Origin: an uncultured delta proteobacterium
Lineage (GTDB): Bacteria > Desulfobacterota > Binatia > UBA9968
DNA: 64,000 bases
Reading direction: 5' to 3'
Assembly (NCBI GenBank): GCA_963760795.1
Contig: CAVXEP010000029.1
Coordinates: forward strand, 192,001-256,000
A model generated the notes under the pieces. It was not told where the DNA came from. It was given only the letters and a program-made list of their open reading frames with translations, and ran no database searches. Below, piece after piece: positions 10,662 to 21,812 of the stretch (the first letter of the stretch is position 1; each line of letters opens with the position of its first letter). The translations under genes and the position numbers were made by a program.

Positions 10662-11027
10662 ATGGAAGCATACGGCACCTCAACGTATACCGGGCAACCG
10701 GCCAAAACTGAAGACCAATTTACCAAGGCGGTTGAAGATTACACAGCGGAGATTCCCTCCTCAGCCTATCTCGGCATTGCTCTCGGAGCGATGGGGCTGT
10801 CGCTCGTTTGTCAAGCGATGGGACAAGGCAAATGGGGCAACTTCATCGCCCAGTGGGTGCCGACTTGGTTGATCATCGGTGTCTACAACAAATTAGTAAA
10901 GCTCGAAGGGCACGATCAACAGCGATCGGGCCACGGGGTATTCGCACTGAGTTTTTGGCGCGGCGGCTGCATCTGCCCTATCGAAAGGCAGGACATTTAT
11001 GATACCGGCTACTACTTCTCGGGTTAA
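10662..11027 (+). CDS. Conserved small membrane protein (C-terminus uncertain)
   Basis: GGAGG RBS; IPSSAYLGIALGAMGLSL...NFIAQWVPTWLIIGVYNKLVK. Confidence 0.7.
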   Translation: MEAYGTSTYTGQPAKTEDQFTKAVEDYTAEIPSSAYLGIALGAMGLSLVCQAMGQGKWGNFIAQWVPTWLIIGVYNKLVKLEGHDQQRSGHGVFALSFWRGGCICPIERQDIYDTGYYFSG

Positions 11028-11457
11028 TGAACATACCCCCGATCACATTAACGAACGCATCGCCCGCAAGACACAAGCAAACCTCGAATTTTACGGCTCG
11101 GCGGGCGGCGCATCGATTGCTCGCCGCCTAGCCGAGCTTGACCGTGAATGGGACATCGAACGCATGCTCGAAGCTAACGCGGCCTCGGCTGTGCTGTTAG
11201 GAATGTATTTGAGTATTACGCGTAGCCGCGGGTGGCTGCTGCTGCCAATGGCCGTCGGCGGATTCTTACTGCAGCATGCTGTCCAGGGATGGTGTCCACC
11301 CCTCATCTGGTTGCGCAGAATGGGTTTTCGAACCGCAAGCGAGATTGACCACGAGCGCTACGGCTTAAAAGTGCTGCGTGGCGACTTCGCGGATCTGGTA
11401 TCGGCCAGCCGTGAGTTGAGCGATGTACGCAACGTGCTGCACGTCGTTAAACAATAA
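10999..11457 (+). CDS. DUF2892-like membrane protein
   Basis: LDREWDIERMLEANAA...FLLQHAVQGWCPP...GFRT. Confidence 0.75.
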   Translation: MIPATTSRVNEHTPDHINERIARKTQANLEFYGSAGGASIARRLAELDREWDIERMLEANAASAVLLGMYLSITRSRGWLLLPMAVGGFLLQHAVQGWCPPLIWLRRMGFRTASEIDHERYGLKVLRGDFADLVSASRELSDVRNVLHVVKQ

Positions 11458-11460
11458 AAG

Positions 11461-12664
11461 ATGGCGCGAAATTACTCTGCAACATTGACGACCGGCAGCG
11501 CTGATCCTGTCGCGGCGGCCGAGGCAGCGCGGTTGCGCTATGTCGGTGACTGGCAACCCGGTTTCTCCCGCAAGCTTACTAAAAAGAGATTTGTCTATTT
11601 AAATTTGCAAGGTCAGCCGCTGCGGGATCGGGTAGATCTCAGCCGGATTAAAGCGCTGGCTATCCCGCCGGCTTGGACGGGCGTTTGGATCTGTTCAAAA
11701 ACCAACGGTCATTTGCAGGCAACCGGACGCGATGCCCGGGGCCGTAAGCAGTATCGTTATCACGCGCGTTGGCGCGAGGTGCGTGACGAAAATAAATATC
11801 AACGCATGATCGCATTTGCCCAGGCTTTACCGGCAATTCGCGCCAGTGTTCACAGGGATTTGACGCTGTTCGGATTGCCGCGCGCTAAAGTGCTCGCGAC
11901 CATCGTCAAACTGCTTGAATCCACTCACATTCGCGTCGGCAACGAAGAGTACGCGCGGAGCAACCAATCATTCGGATTGGCGACGCTGCGCAACCGCCAT
12001 GTAAAAGTAAACGGACGGAACATTCGATTTCAATTTCGCGGTAAGAGCCGCGTCGCACATGCCATCGATTTGCAGGATAAACGCTTGGCGCGGATCATCA
12101 AACGTTGCCAAGATTTACCAGGCTACGAACTGTTCCAATATGTCGACGAGGCGGGCGCGACGGTTGCCATTGAAGCGGGCGATGTCAATGAATATCTGCG
12201 CGAGATTGCCGGCGCAGAATTTAGCACCAAGGATTTTCGCACCTGGGCCGGTACCCTGGTGGCAGCCCATGCGCTGCGCGCCTGCGCCGACTGTGAGTCG
12301 AAGGCGCAAATCAAACGAAACATTGTCCAGGCGGTCGAAAAGGTTGCACGGGTTTTGGGAAATACTAAAGCCGTCTGCCGCAAATGTTACATCCATCCGG
12401 CGGTTATCGAGGCATATTCGTCTGGCGCGCTCGGCCGCGATTCGCGCCCGCGTGCGCGGCGTTGCTGCTCGATCAGATTTGGCCCCCGAAGAAGCGGCGC
12501 TCGTCGCACTTTTAGAGCAGCAGGTGCGAGCATCCAGCGCAAAAGCAAAACCGCTCGCGCAAGCAAAACGTCAGCGCCAAAATCAAACGCCTTTCAAAGA
12601 TATTTGTCGGTCGTGCGCTGCGCCATGGGCGCTGAAACTACGCAGCGCGTCCGCAGGACGCTAA
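11461..12664 (+). CDS. DNA topoisomerase IB (bacterial/poxvirus type), frameshift near 12465
   Basis: IPPAW, GRKQYRYH, RVGNEEY, FRGKS, KDFRTW, VCRKCYIHP (catalytic Tyr); C-terminal LAPEEAALVALL lies in the frame ending at 12664. Confidence 0.93.
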
Positions 12665-12787
12665 AATCCAAGCTTGTGTTTGGTCTGTTGCAAAACCGGC
12701 ACGCATTCAATCGCTAGGAATCCTAATTCTAGGACGTGACGGCTATCGGCAAGAAATCTATTCCCGACAAAAAGTAACAATTATGAG

Positions 12788-12802
12788 TGGCACGTTAGTT
12801 GC
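12788..12802 (+). promoter_or_regulatory. Sigma-54 promoter
   Basis: TGGCAC-GTTAG-TTGC(G), consensus match. Confidence 0.88.
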
Positions 12803-12836
12803 GCTAAGCAGATTGCGATGGAAACAAGGAGGTAAA

Positions 12837-13224
12837 ATGAAAAGCATATCAATATTATTGTTTGCCGCATTACTCGCCGTCGGTTGTTCAAAAGAACGTG
12901 CCGACGAAAAAGTGGCTCAAACCCCCGCTCCGGATAATTCTGGGACGAATGTGCGAGACCGCAATGACCAAACCAAGACTGCCGGGAGATCAGTCGGAAA
13001 GCGAAGCCGATCGAACCATAAGCCAAAATATCCGGCAGTCGCTCACTTCGGACGATTCGCTTTCCACCAACGGCAAGAACGTTAAAGTGATTACGATCGA
13101 CGGCAAGGTGACGTTGCGCGGGCCGGTGAAGAGCGATCAAGAAAAAGCCGCCATCGCCGCTAAAGCCCAGCAAGTGGCCGGCGTCAAGAATGTCGATAAC
13201 CAATTAGAAATCGCAAGCAATTAA
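12837..13224 (+). CDS. BON-domain (OsmY-like) lipoprotein, frameshift near 12980
   Basis: AGGAGG RBS, lipobox LAVGC; ADRTISQNIRQSL...VKVITIDGKVTLRGPV...VKNVDNQL. Confidence 0.88.
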
Positions 13225-13251
13225 CTTAACCAGTAACACCTAGGAGGATTT

Positions 13252-13811
13252 ATGGCAAAATCTGTATTTTGTTTAGTCGATAGCGAAACCCAGGCCGAAG
13301 CTATCGTAGATAATCTCAAGGCGGCAAATTTTTCCCACAACGATATTTCGGTGTTGTTTCCGGATAAATCCGGCACGCAGCGATTTTGCCCACGAACAAA
13401 ACACCAAAGCGCCCGAAGGCGCAGCAACGGGCGCCGGTACCGGCGGAGCGGTGGGCGGCGTTTTGGGTTGGTTGGTCGGCATCGGAACTCTGGCGATTCC
13501 TGGTGTCGGTCCATTCATCGCGGCCGGGCCAATCATGGCGGCATTGGCGGGCGCGGGTGTGGGTGCGGCGGTCGGCGGATTGACTGGCGCTCTGATCGGC
13601 ATGGGCATTCCGGAACTACGAAGCCAAGCAGTATGAAGGAAAAATTAAAGGCGGCAACATTCTCATTTCGGTTCATTCAGAGAACAGCGATGAGACAAAG
13701 CGCGCCAAAGAGATCTTCGAGCGATCCGGCGCTCATGACATTTCCTACACCGAAGAGGAAGGTGTCGCAAAAGAAGACAAAGCCCGACCTGCAGCAGGGT
13801 TTAGAAACTAA
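13252..13811 (+). CDS. General stress membrane protein (YflT/DUF3341-like), two frameshifts
   Basis: Joined frames give MAKSVFCL...DISVLFPD...KAPEGAATGAGTGG...GTLAIPGVGPFIAAGPIMAAL...MGIPE YEAKQYEGKIKGGNILISVH. Confidence 0.8.
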
Positions 13812-13835
13812 CTGCGCGGAAGGATGGACAAGTCG

Positions 13836-13946
13836 ATGAAGTTATTACGCAACCAGACAGGAAAAGTCGGCTGGATCTTATTGTGGGCATTAGGAGTTCC
13901 AGTGCCAATTTTGGTTCTGCTATTTCTCATGCGCGGGTGCACGTAG
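13836..13946 (+). CDS. 36-aa small membrane protein MKLLRNQTGKVGWILLWALGVPVPILVLLFLMRGCT
   Basis: Clean ORF with one TM, last gene before a hairpin. Confidence 0.75.
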   Translation: MKLLRNQTGKVGWILLWALGVPVPILVLLFLMRGCT

Positions 13947-13996
13947 TCGGTCCTTTTCAACAGCGCTGATAGTTCGATTCCAGTAACAAGTTAATA

Positions 13997-14032
13997 CTGG
14001 CCGGCAGCCGGGGAAAGCAGGCTGCCGGCCAG
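13997..14032 (+). terminator. GC-rich hairpin closing the BON operon
   Basis: CTGGCCGGCAGCC...GGCTGCCGGCCAG. Confidence 0.6.
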
Positions 14033-14196
14033 CACAGTGATTCAGCAGAATTCCATCAATCCGAAGTCGAAAATGAGCGAGCAAGACATAATCCAGGGCG
14101 AAGTACGTTGTGAGGGGCGCGACCTTCGCTAACGGGCGGTTGCACTCTCAATAATCCGCGGCTACGCAGCTGGTTGTTAAAATAAATATAACATGT

Positions 14197-16078
14197 ATGA
14201 ACAAAACCCGTGTGCGTGCCGTTGCGGCTATCGGACGCACTGCCAAATTCCCTTTATCGGTCCTGCCTGGGCTCGTTCTAGTTATCGCTTCGCTGTATTG
14301 GGCCCAAACGTTTCTCATTCCCCTGGCTCTTTCCTTGTTATTGACGTTTCTCTTGACTCCGCTGGTAGCGGGTTTGGAAAAATTCGGCTTGAGGCGCGTG
14401 CCCTCCGTTATAATTGTAGTGCTTTTTGTTTTTTCGTTGCTTGGCGCCATCGCTTGGATCGTTGCCGTGCAATTTACCAGCGTGGCCAATCAGCTGCCCC
14501 GATATCAAAGCTAATATCCGGCAGAAAATTGTCGACATCCGCGGTGCCGGTAAAGGCGGAGCATTGGAGAAGGTAAAGGAAACCGCAAAGGAAGTTACCG
14601 AGGAGTTGAAGCAAGAACCGAGCGCGCTCCAGAAGCCCCGCGAAGTGGTGGTTCAGGGCGATGAAGCTACGACTTTTTGGCCGTTCTCACCGGTGGCAGC
14701 TCCTATGTTAGAGCGCATGGCCGGCGCGGGATTTGTCATCGTCTTGACTGTCTTTATGCTGATTCGGCGTGAGAATCTGCGCAACCGTTTGATCCACCTA
14801 CTGGGCTATGGCCGCTTAACCGTCACGACCAGAGCGATGGAAGAAGCCGGGCAGCGCATCAGCCGTTATCTGATCGTTCAGTCGCTGCTCAATGGTTCGT
14901 TCGGCATAGCCGTTGGCGGCGCGCTATTTTTTTTCGGTCTGCCCTACGCTATTCTCTGGGGATTTTTAGCGGCGTTGCTGCGCTTTATTCCCTACATCGG
15001 TTCATGGGCGGCGGCGATTCTGCCTACAGCTCTGGCGTCTAGCCGTGTTTCAAGGTTGGCTTTGGCCGTTGCTGGTTTTCGCAACGATCGTCGGCTTGGA
15101 AATTGTCATTGCCACGATTCTCGAACCTTTGCTGTACGGCGAAAGCGCCGGTGTGTCCGAGGTGGGCATGCTCGTGTCTGTGGCGTTTTGGACCTGGCTC
15201 TGGGGTCCGGTTGGACTGCTACTCGCCATGCCGCTAACGGTCTGTGTGGTCGTAATCGCCAAATATATGCCGCCGATGGAATTTATCGGCGTGTTGTTGA
15301 GCGATGGGTCGTTTCTCGAGCCGGCTATAGGTTACTATCAACGTTTGCTCGCCGCGGATCGCGCTGAAGCGAAGGCAATCGTCGCAGCGTATGCCGAGAA
15401 ACATTCCCCGGCGCAGGTTTATGACGACCTGATGGTGCCGGCGCTTGGTCACGCCAAACGGGATTTGTTGCAGGGCAATGTAACGGAAGCTGAACTACAG
15501 TTTGTTTGGCAGACGACACGCGAAATCCTCGCCGAGCCGATATTCGATAATCCAGGTCGAAACAGCGGCGGCTAATGGCAATTCATCGGTCAATCCCAAA
15601 CCCGAGCTTTCTCTGACTAAACTGCGAATAATCGGTTGTCCAGCCAGAGACGAGTCTGACGAGCTTGGCTTGGTCATGCTCAGCCAATTGCTCGATCGCA
15701 AGCGATTCGATGTGGAGATTGTCGGCGCAGCGACAGCTGACCTCGGAGATTTTAGCGCGAACTGCCGAGACCAACGCGCCGCTGCTCTGCATTGCCTCGC
15801 TATCGCCGGACGGGTTGCCGCACACTCGAGCGCTGTGCAAGCGGGTGCGGCGGCGGTTTCCCGAAATCAAAATACTCATTGGGCGGTTGGGTAACGGCAC
15901 GACTAACACCGATGATCTAATGGCGGCCGGAGCCGATAAAATCAGCACAACTATGATTGAATTCCGCGATCAGGTGGCGCAGATGAGTCAAGTTATTGTG
16001 CCTGAAGTTTACGATGGCGAAAACTCTCACCGCGAAGTCGAAACAACAAATCATCCCGATCGTGAGACATTCATGTGA
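14197..16078 (+). CDS. AI-2E family transporter with C-terminal cobalamin-binding-like Rossmann domain; about 4 frameshifts
   Basis: IPLALSLLLTFLLTPLV, ENLRNRLI, ISRYL, LRFIPYIG, LEPLLYG, FWTWLWGPVGLLLAMPLT, GCPARDESDELGL, LCIASL across consecutive ORFs. Confidence 0.85.
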
Positions 16079-16151
16079 TTCTGTTTCTCACCGTTGCAAC
16101 GCCGCATTGAGCCGGTCGAAAACAGGTTAGCAATAACCCGCGAGCGCAGGG

Positions 16152-16166
16152 TGGCATGCGCGTTGC
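16152..16166 (+). promoter_or_regulatory. Sigma-54 promoter of treZ-glgX
   Basis: TGGCAT-GCGCG-TTGC(G). Confidence 0.8.
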
Positions 16167-16184
16167 GATTTATTTGGCGCAATC

Positions 16185-18122
16185 ATGAAACATCAACTCG
16201 TGAGCGGTGCCACGGCACGATCTCCACGTCGATACTCGGACATACGAAGACTGCCCATCGGTGCGGAAGTGACGGCAGCCGATGGCGTTCATTTTCGCGT
16301 GTGGGCGCCTAGCTGTGAACGCATCGAAGTTGTTTTTGAAGCGGTCAACGGAATGCCGGCAATAGCGGCGCTGGAGCTCGAGGCGGAGGATGGGGGTTAT
16401 TTCTCGGGCGCGGCGAGTGCAGCGCAAGCCGGCATGCTTTATCGCTTTCGTCTCAATGGCAGCGATCAACTCATTCCCGATCCGGTATCTCGATTCCAAC
16501 CTGAAGGGCCCCATGGTCCATCGCAGATAATCGATCCGAGCCGATTCGCTTGGAGCGACACCACTTGGCTAGGCGCGGAGCTTCTCGGCCAGGTGCTCTA
16601 TGAGCTCCATATCGGCACTTTCACGCGCGAAGGAACCTGGCGCGCGGCGCAGGACGAGCTCAAAGAACTAAAAAACTTGGGCATCACGGTGATCGAAGTA
16701 ATGCCGGTCAATGAATTTGCCGGGCGATTCGGTTGGGGTTACGATGGCGTCGATCTATTTGCGCCGACTCACCTGTACGGCGAGCCCGATGATTTTCGCC
16801 ACTTTGTCGATCATGCACATGCTTTGGGCATCGGGGTCATTCTCGATGTAGTTTACAATCATCTGGGGCCCGACGGTTGTTACGTCAAGTTGTTTTCCGA
16901 TCACTATTTCAGCGCCAAGCATACGACCGACTGGGGCGAGGCGATCAATTTCGACGGCGACCAGTGCCGGCCGGTGCGCGAATTCTTTCGCTGCAATGCG
17001 GGCTACTGGATCGAAGAGTATCATCTCGACGGCCTGCGGCTCGACGCGACGCAAAATATTTATGACGATTCCACGCCGCATATTATCGCCGAAATAGCCG
17101 CGGAGGTCAGAAAAGTTGCGGCACCGCGCGCGACCATCATTATCGCCGAGAATGAATCGCAAGATGTTAAATTGGTGCGCCCGGCAAGCGCCGGCGGCTA
17201 CGGTTTGGACGGCATGTGGAATGACGATTTCCATCACAGCGCGCGGGTTGCCCTCACCGGCGAACGCGAGGCGTATTATACCGATTACCTGGGCACGCCG
17301 CAGGAGCTGATCTCAGCGCTCAAGTGGGGATTTTTATATCAAGGCCAATGGTATCAATGGCAAAAGCAACGGCGCGGCACGCCGACTCGCGGCTTGAAGC
17401 CGAGCACGTTCGTGACCTTCCTGGAAAACCACGATCAGATCTGCAACTCGGGTTTTGGCGAGCGAATCCAATTTGCCTCTCATCCGGGTTGCTACCGGGC
17501 GTTGACCGCGTTGTTGCTGCTGGGACCGGGGACGCCGCTCTTATTCATGGGCCAGGAGTTCTGCGCTTCATCCCCCTTCGTCTTTTTTGCCGATCACAAG
17601 CCTGAGCTAGCCAAATTGGTCTACCAGGGCCGGCTCGAGTTCGTTAGTCAATTTACCAGTCTTGCGACCCCCGAGTCCCAGGCAAGAATCCCCGATCCCG
17701 CCGCTTGGCAGACCTTCGAAGCTTGCAAGTTGAAACTCGCCGAGCGCGAGGAGCACAAACCAATCTACCAGCTGCATCGCGATTTATTAAAACTGCGGCA
17801 CGACGATGCGGTGTTTCGCGCTCAAGGCGCGCACGGCTTTGACGGCGCGGTATTGGCGCAGAAAATTTTTATCCTGCGCTTTTTCGGCTCAGAGGAAGAA
17901 GGGGACCGCCTCCTTGTCATCAACCTCGGTATCGATTACGTTTATGACCCGGCTCCGGAACCGCTCCTGGCGCCGCCGGAGAAATCGCAATGGCAAATCG
18001 TCTGGTCGAGCGAAAGTCCGGTATACGGCGGCCGGGGGACAACGCCGTTCGGTACACAAAATTGGAAAATCCCGGGGTACGCGGCGATCGTTCTGGCGTC
18101 AATAAGCGTTGACATGATTTAA
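16185..18122 (+). CDS. treZ: Malto-oligosyltrehalose trehalohydrolase (GH13)
   Basis: FRVWAP, DPVSRFQPEGPHGPS, YELHIGTFT, WGYDGV, DVVYNH, GLRLDAT, WNDDFHH, NHDQ. Confidence 0.92.
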   Translation: MKHQLVSGATARSPRRYSDIRRLPIGAEVTAADGVHFRVWAPSCERIEVVFEAVNGMPAIAALELEAEDGGYFSGAASAAQAGMLYRFRLNGSDQLIPDPVSRFQPEGPHGPSQIIDPSRFAWSDTTWLGAELLGQVLYELHIGTFTREGTWRAAQDELKELKNLGITVIEVMPVNEFAGRFGWGYDGVDLFAPTHLYGEPDDFRHFVDHAHALGIGVILDVVYNHLGPDGCYVKLFSDHYFSAKHTTDWGEAINFDGDQCRPVREFFRCNAGYWIEEYHLDGLRLDATQNIYDDSTPHIIAEIAAEVRKVAAPRATIIIAENESQDVKLVRPASAGGYGLDGMWNDDFHHSARVALTGEREAYYTDYLGTPQELISALKWGFLYQGQWYQWQKQRRGTPTRGLKPSTFVTFLENHDQICNSGFGERIQFASHPGCYRALTALLLLGPGTPLLFMGQEFCASSPFVFFADHKPELAKLVYQGRLEFVSQFTSLATPESQARIPDPAAWQTFEACKLKLAEREEHKPIYQLHRDLLKLRHDDAVFRAQGAHGFDGAVLAQKIFILRFFGSEEEGDRLLVINLGIDYVYDPAPEPLLAPPEKSQWQIVWSSESPVYGGRGTTPFGTQNWKIPGYAAIVLASISVDMI

Positions 18123-18160
18123 CGATTTGAAACCTGCCTAGAACTGTTTTGGAGGGACCT

Positions 18161-20378
18161 ATGCGAGTGTGGCCGGGGAAACCTTATCCGTTAGGGGCGA
18201 CATGGGATGGCAAAGGGGTCAACTTTGCATTGTTTTCAGAATCGGCGAGCAAAGTTGAACTCTGTCTATTCGATGGCAGTCGATGCCAGTCAAGAAGCTC
18301 AGCGCTTGGAATTAACCGAACGCACCGATCAGGTCTGGCATGCCTATCTCCCGGAAGCGTTGCCGGGGCAGCTCTACGGCTATCGCGTGCACGGTCCTTA
18401 CGAGCCAAGCCAAGGCCATCGCTTCAATCCGCACAAGATCGTCCTCGATCCCTATGCTAAATCCATCGGCCGGGAGCTGCGCTGGGCGGACGAAGTTTTC
18501 GCTTACCGCATGGGCGACCCGGAAGCCGACCTCACGTTCGACGAGCGGGACAGCGCGCCTTATGCTCCCTTGGCGGTGGTCATCGATCCGGCTTTTACCT
18601 GGGGCGATGACAAGCCGCCGCACACGCCCTGGCATAAGACGATTATTTACGAGTTGCACGTCAAGGGTTTTACCAAACTGCATCCAGGAGTCGGCGAACC
18701 GCTGCGCGGCAGTTATGCCGGGTTGGCCTCGGAGGTGGTGGTCAATCACCTACTCAATCTAGGGGTCACCGCCGTGGAGCTGATGCCGGTGCATCAATTT
18801 ATCAACGATCGCCATCTGGTCGACCGCGGCAAAGTTAATTATTGGGGCTACAACTCGCTGGCCTATTTGGCGCCCGAGTGCCGCTATAGCGCCACCAGTA
18901 TTCCCCAGGACGCGGTGCAGCAGTTTAAAATGATGGTGGCGGCGTTTCATGCCGCAGGCATCGAGGTCATTCTCGACGTGGTCTACAACCACACCGCGGA
19001 GGGCAATCAGCTTGGCCCGACGCTGTCGCTGCGCGGCATCGACAACGCAGCCTATTACAAACTCACACCCGAGGATCAGCGTTTTTACATGGACTATACC
19101 GGCTGCGGCAATTCCCTCAATGTGCGCCATCCGCGGGTCTTGCAGCTGATCATGGACAGCCTGCGCTATTGGGTTGCCGACATGCATGTGGACGGCTTCC
19201 GTTTCGACCTCGCCAGCACCTTGGCGCGGGAACTTTATGAAGTAGATCGCCTTGGCGCGTTTTTCGACATTATTCATCAAGACCCGACTCTGTCACAGGT
19301 CAAATTGATCGCCGAACCTTGGGATGTCGGGCCAGGCGGCTATCAAGTGGGTAATTTCCCGGTGCTATGGAGTGAATGGAATGGCAAATACCGCGACGGC
19401 GTCCGGCGCTTTTGGAAAGGCGACGGCGGCACCCTGTCGGAATTTGCCACGCGCCTGAGCGGCAGCAGCGATCTTTATCAAAGTGACGGCCGTAAGCCAT
19501 ACGCCAGCATCAACTTCATCACCTGCCACGACGGTTTCAACTTGCAAGATCTGGTGAGCTACAACGAGAAGCACAATGAGGCCAATGGCGAAAATAATCA
19601 GGACGGCGCCAACGACAACAACAGTTGGAACTGCGGTGTGGAGGGCCCCACCGACGATCCCGCTGTGAACGCGCTGCGCTGGAAGCAAAAGCGCAACCTG
19701 ATCGCCACGCTCTTATTTTCTCAGGGTGTGCCGATGCTTTTAGCCGGCGATGAGCTGAGCCACACGCAGCAAGGCAACAACAACACCTATTGCCAGGACA
19801 ACGAGCTTACCTGGCTCGATTGGGAACTGACAGATGAGGAGCAGGATTTTCTCGAATTCGTCAAACAGATGATTTCCATCCGCCGCAGCCAACCGGTCTT
19901 TCAACGGAGCAAATTTTTTCAGGGGCGGCCAATCTTCGGCGGCGATGAGAGCGACATCACCTGGTTCGAGCCTTCGGGCAAGCCGATGGGCGAAGCGGCA
20001 TGGAGCGCCGGATTTAACCAGTGCTTCGGCGTGCGCATGCCGGGCGATTTGATCGGTGAAGTCGATGATCGCGGGCAGGAGATCAAAGGCGATTCGATCT
20101 TGATTCTGATGAACGCTTTCCACGAACCGATTCCCTTCAAGATTCCGGCGCGCGTCAAGGGGCAGCGCTGGCAACGCTTGATCGACACGGCGCTCCCCGG
20201 CACCGCGCGTAATTGGTTTGCCAGCGGCAAAGCTTACGATCTCAAAGGCCGATCGATGGTCGTGTTCCGCACGGTGGCGGGCGATTTGGCGGTCGACCCG
20301 CCAAGGCGCCGCGCCGCGGCCGCACACTCGCGAGCGCGGCGCCAACCCTTAAAGACGGCATCGGGCAAGCGGAAATAG
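18161..20378 (+). CDS. glgX: Glycogen debranching enzyme GlgX, frameshift near 18275
   Basis: [52 protein letters not shown]. Confidence 0.95.
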
Positions 20379-20794
20379 ATAGTTCGACAACGGGGAGAGA
20401 CCCACTCGAAGGGACATAAAAGCCGCGGCGAGCGGGGACCAAGCAGGACGAGCGTCGATTAATAAATTATCTTTCCGGCGCCGCGCGAACAGCAACGCTT
20501 TTAACTCCCGTTTGCTGAAGCCGCCGGTATGCGGCAGGTTAGGTGGCCCAGCGACTATCGCGATGTAGGATCGGCTATGCCCATCGCGAGCCCTCGATGA
20601 CTACTCACAAAACGTTCAATCCCACCGCGAAGTAATTCGCCCCCGTCTTCTCTTAATCGGCACGCGAGCCACGCCGCATACCTGAAAAATCTCAGCAGTC
20701 CTCGAGGACGGTGTTCCGTTTCATCTCCGGGAAATTTTATCAGCCTTTGGGTCACATCCAAGACACTTCGTCATTCTGACGGGGTATGCATGGT

Positions 20795-20809
20795 TGGTAC
20801 GTTCGTTGC
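20795..20809 (+). promoter_or_regulatory. Sigma-54 promoter
   Basis: TGGTAC-GTTCG-TTGC(T). Confidence 0.8.
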
Positions 20810-20884
20810 TTTATTTAGCGCAAAAGAGACTGCGAAGGGTGCGAGTAACTCCTTTTTCGACTAACTAATTTTGCGAGGTGAACC

Positions 20885-21682
20885 ATGCAATTAAAAGAAT
20901 TTATCAATTACCACGTCGAAACGATTGGCCCGGAAGACACGTTGCAACAGGCCGCGGAGAAAATGCGCGATTTCGATGTCGGGTCGATTCCGGTTTGCGA
21001 CGACAACCGACTGCTCGGCATGGTGACGGATCGTGACATTACGATCCGAGCTGCCGCCAACGGCGACGATCCAACAATCACCACTGTGAGCGAAGTCATG
21101 ACCCCCGACGTCGTTTGTTGTTACGAGCATCAGACGGTAGAAGAAGCCGCGGCACTGATGCAACAGCATCAAATACGTCGGCTGTTTGTGCTGAATGAAA
21201 ACGACGAATTGATCGGCATCACCTCTTTGGGTGAGCTTGCGACGGCGACCGGAAACCGGCAGCTGGCGGGTGAAACTCTCGAGCGGGTGTCCGACTCCGC
21301 CGAGGTTCCGCCGGATCGAGAGCAGGATTTGTCGGACGCGGAGGAAGAAACAAGCATGGGTGACGGCGCGCTGGCGGCTGAGACCCGGGTCACCGGATTA
21401 TTCGATGATTCGGATCAAGCCAGGGAAGCGGTGGAAGAATTAAAAGACGCCGGTTTTGCCGATTATCGGATTGCCGTCGCCATGCAGGACAGGGCGGATC
21501 AGGACAGCTTTATCGCCGAAACCAAAGTGCTCACCGCGGCTGTGCAAGAAATTCCCAGTCTTCCGGAACTCGACTCCGGACAGGTGCTCCTTCTGATCGA
21601 CGCCGCCGATCAGGCTGCGCTGGCGTTAGAAATTATCAACCGCAATCAAGGTGTCACCGGCGGCGTGCGCATGCCGACGTAA
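20885..21682 (+). CDS. CBS-pair protein with acidic C-terminal domain
   Basis: AAEKMRDFDVGSIPV...GMVTDRDI; M..HQIRRL. Confidence 0.88.
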   Translation: MQLKEFINYHVETIGPEDTLQQAAEKMRDFDVGSIPVCDDNRLLGMVTDRDITIRAAANGDDPTITTVSEVMTPDVVCCYEHQTVEEAAALMQQHQIRRLFVLNENDELIGITSLGELATATGNRQLAGETLERVSDSAEVPPDREQDLSDAEEETSMGDGALAAETRVTGLFDDSDQAREAVEELKDAGFADYRIAVAMQDRADQDSFIAETKVLTAAVQEIPSLPELDSGQVLLLIDAADQAALALEIINRNQGVTGGVRMPT

Positions 21683-21812
21683 TCGTCTTGAGTTGGCGCG
21701 GCGAGACACCGGAGCGAGGTTCACCAAGGTTTGCGCCGGCTTGAGATTTTTTAGGCTGAAAGTGGGATTGCGCAGACGGAAATATCAAGACGGTTAGGGC
21801 GAGGCAACGAAA

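Noticed and set aside
14115-14129. Weak sigma-54 site GGGCGC-GACCT-TCGC upstream of the AI-2E gene
   Set aside because: GG/GC spacing is right but both boxes deviate; not counted.
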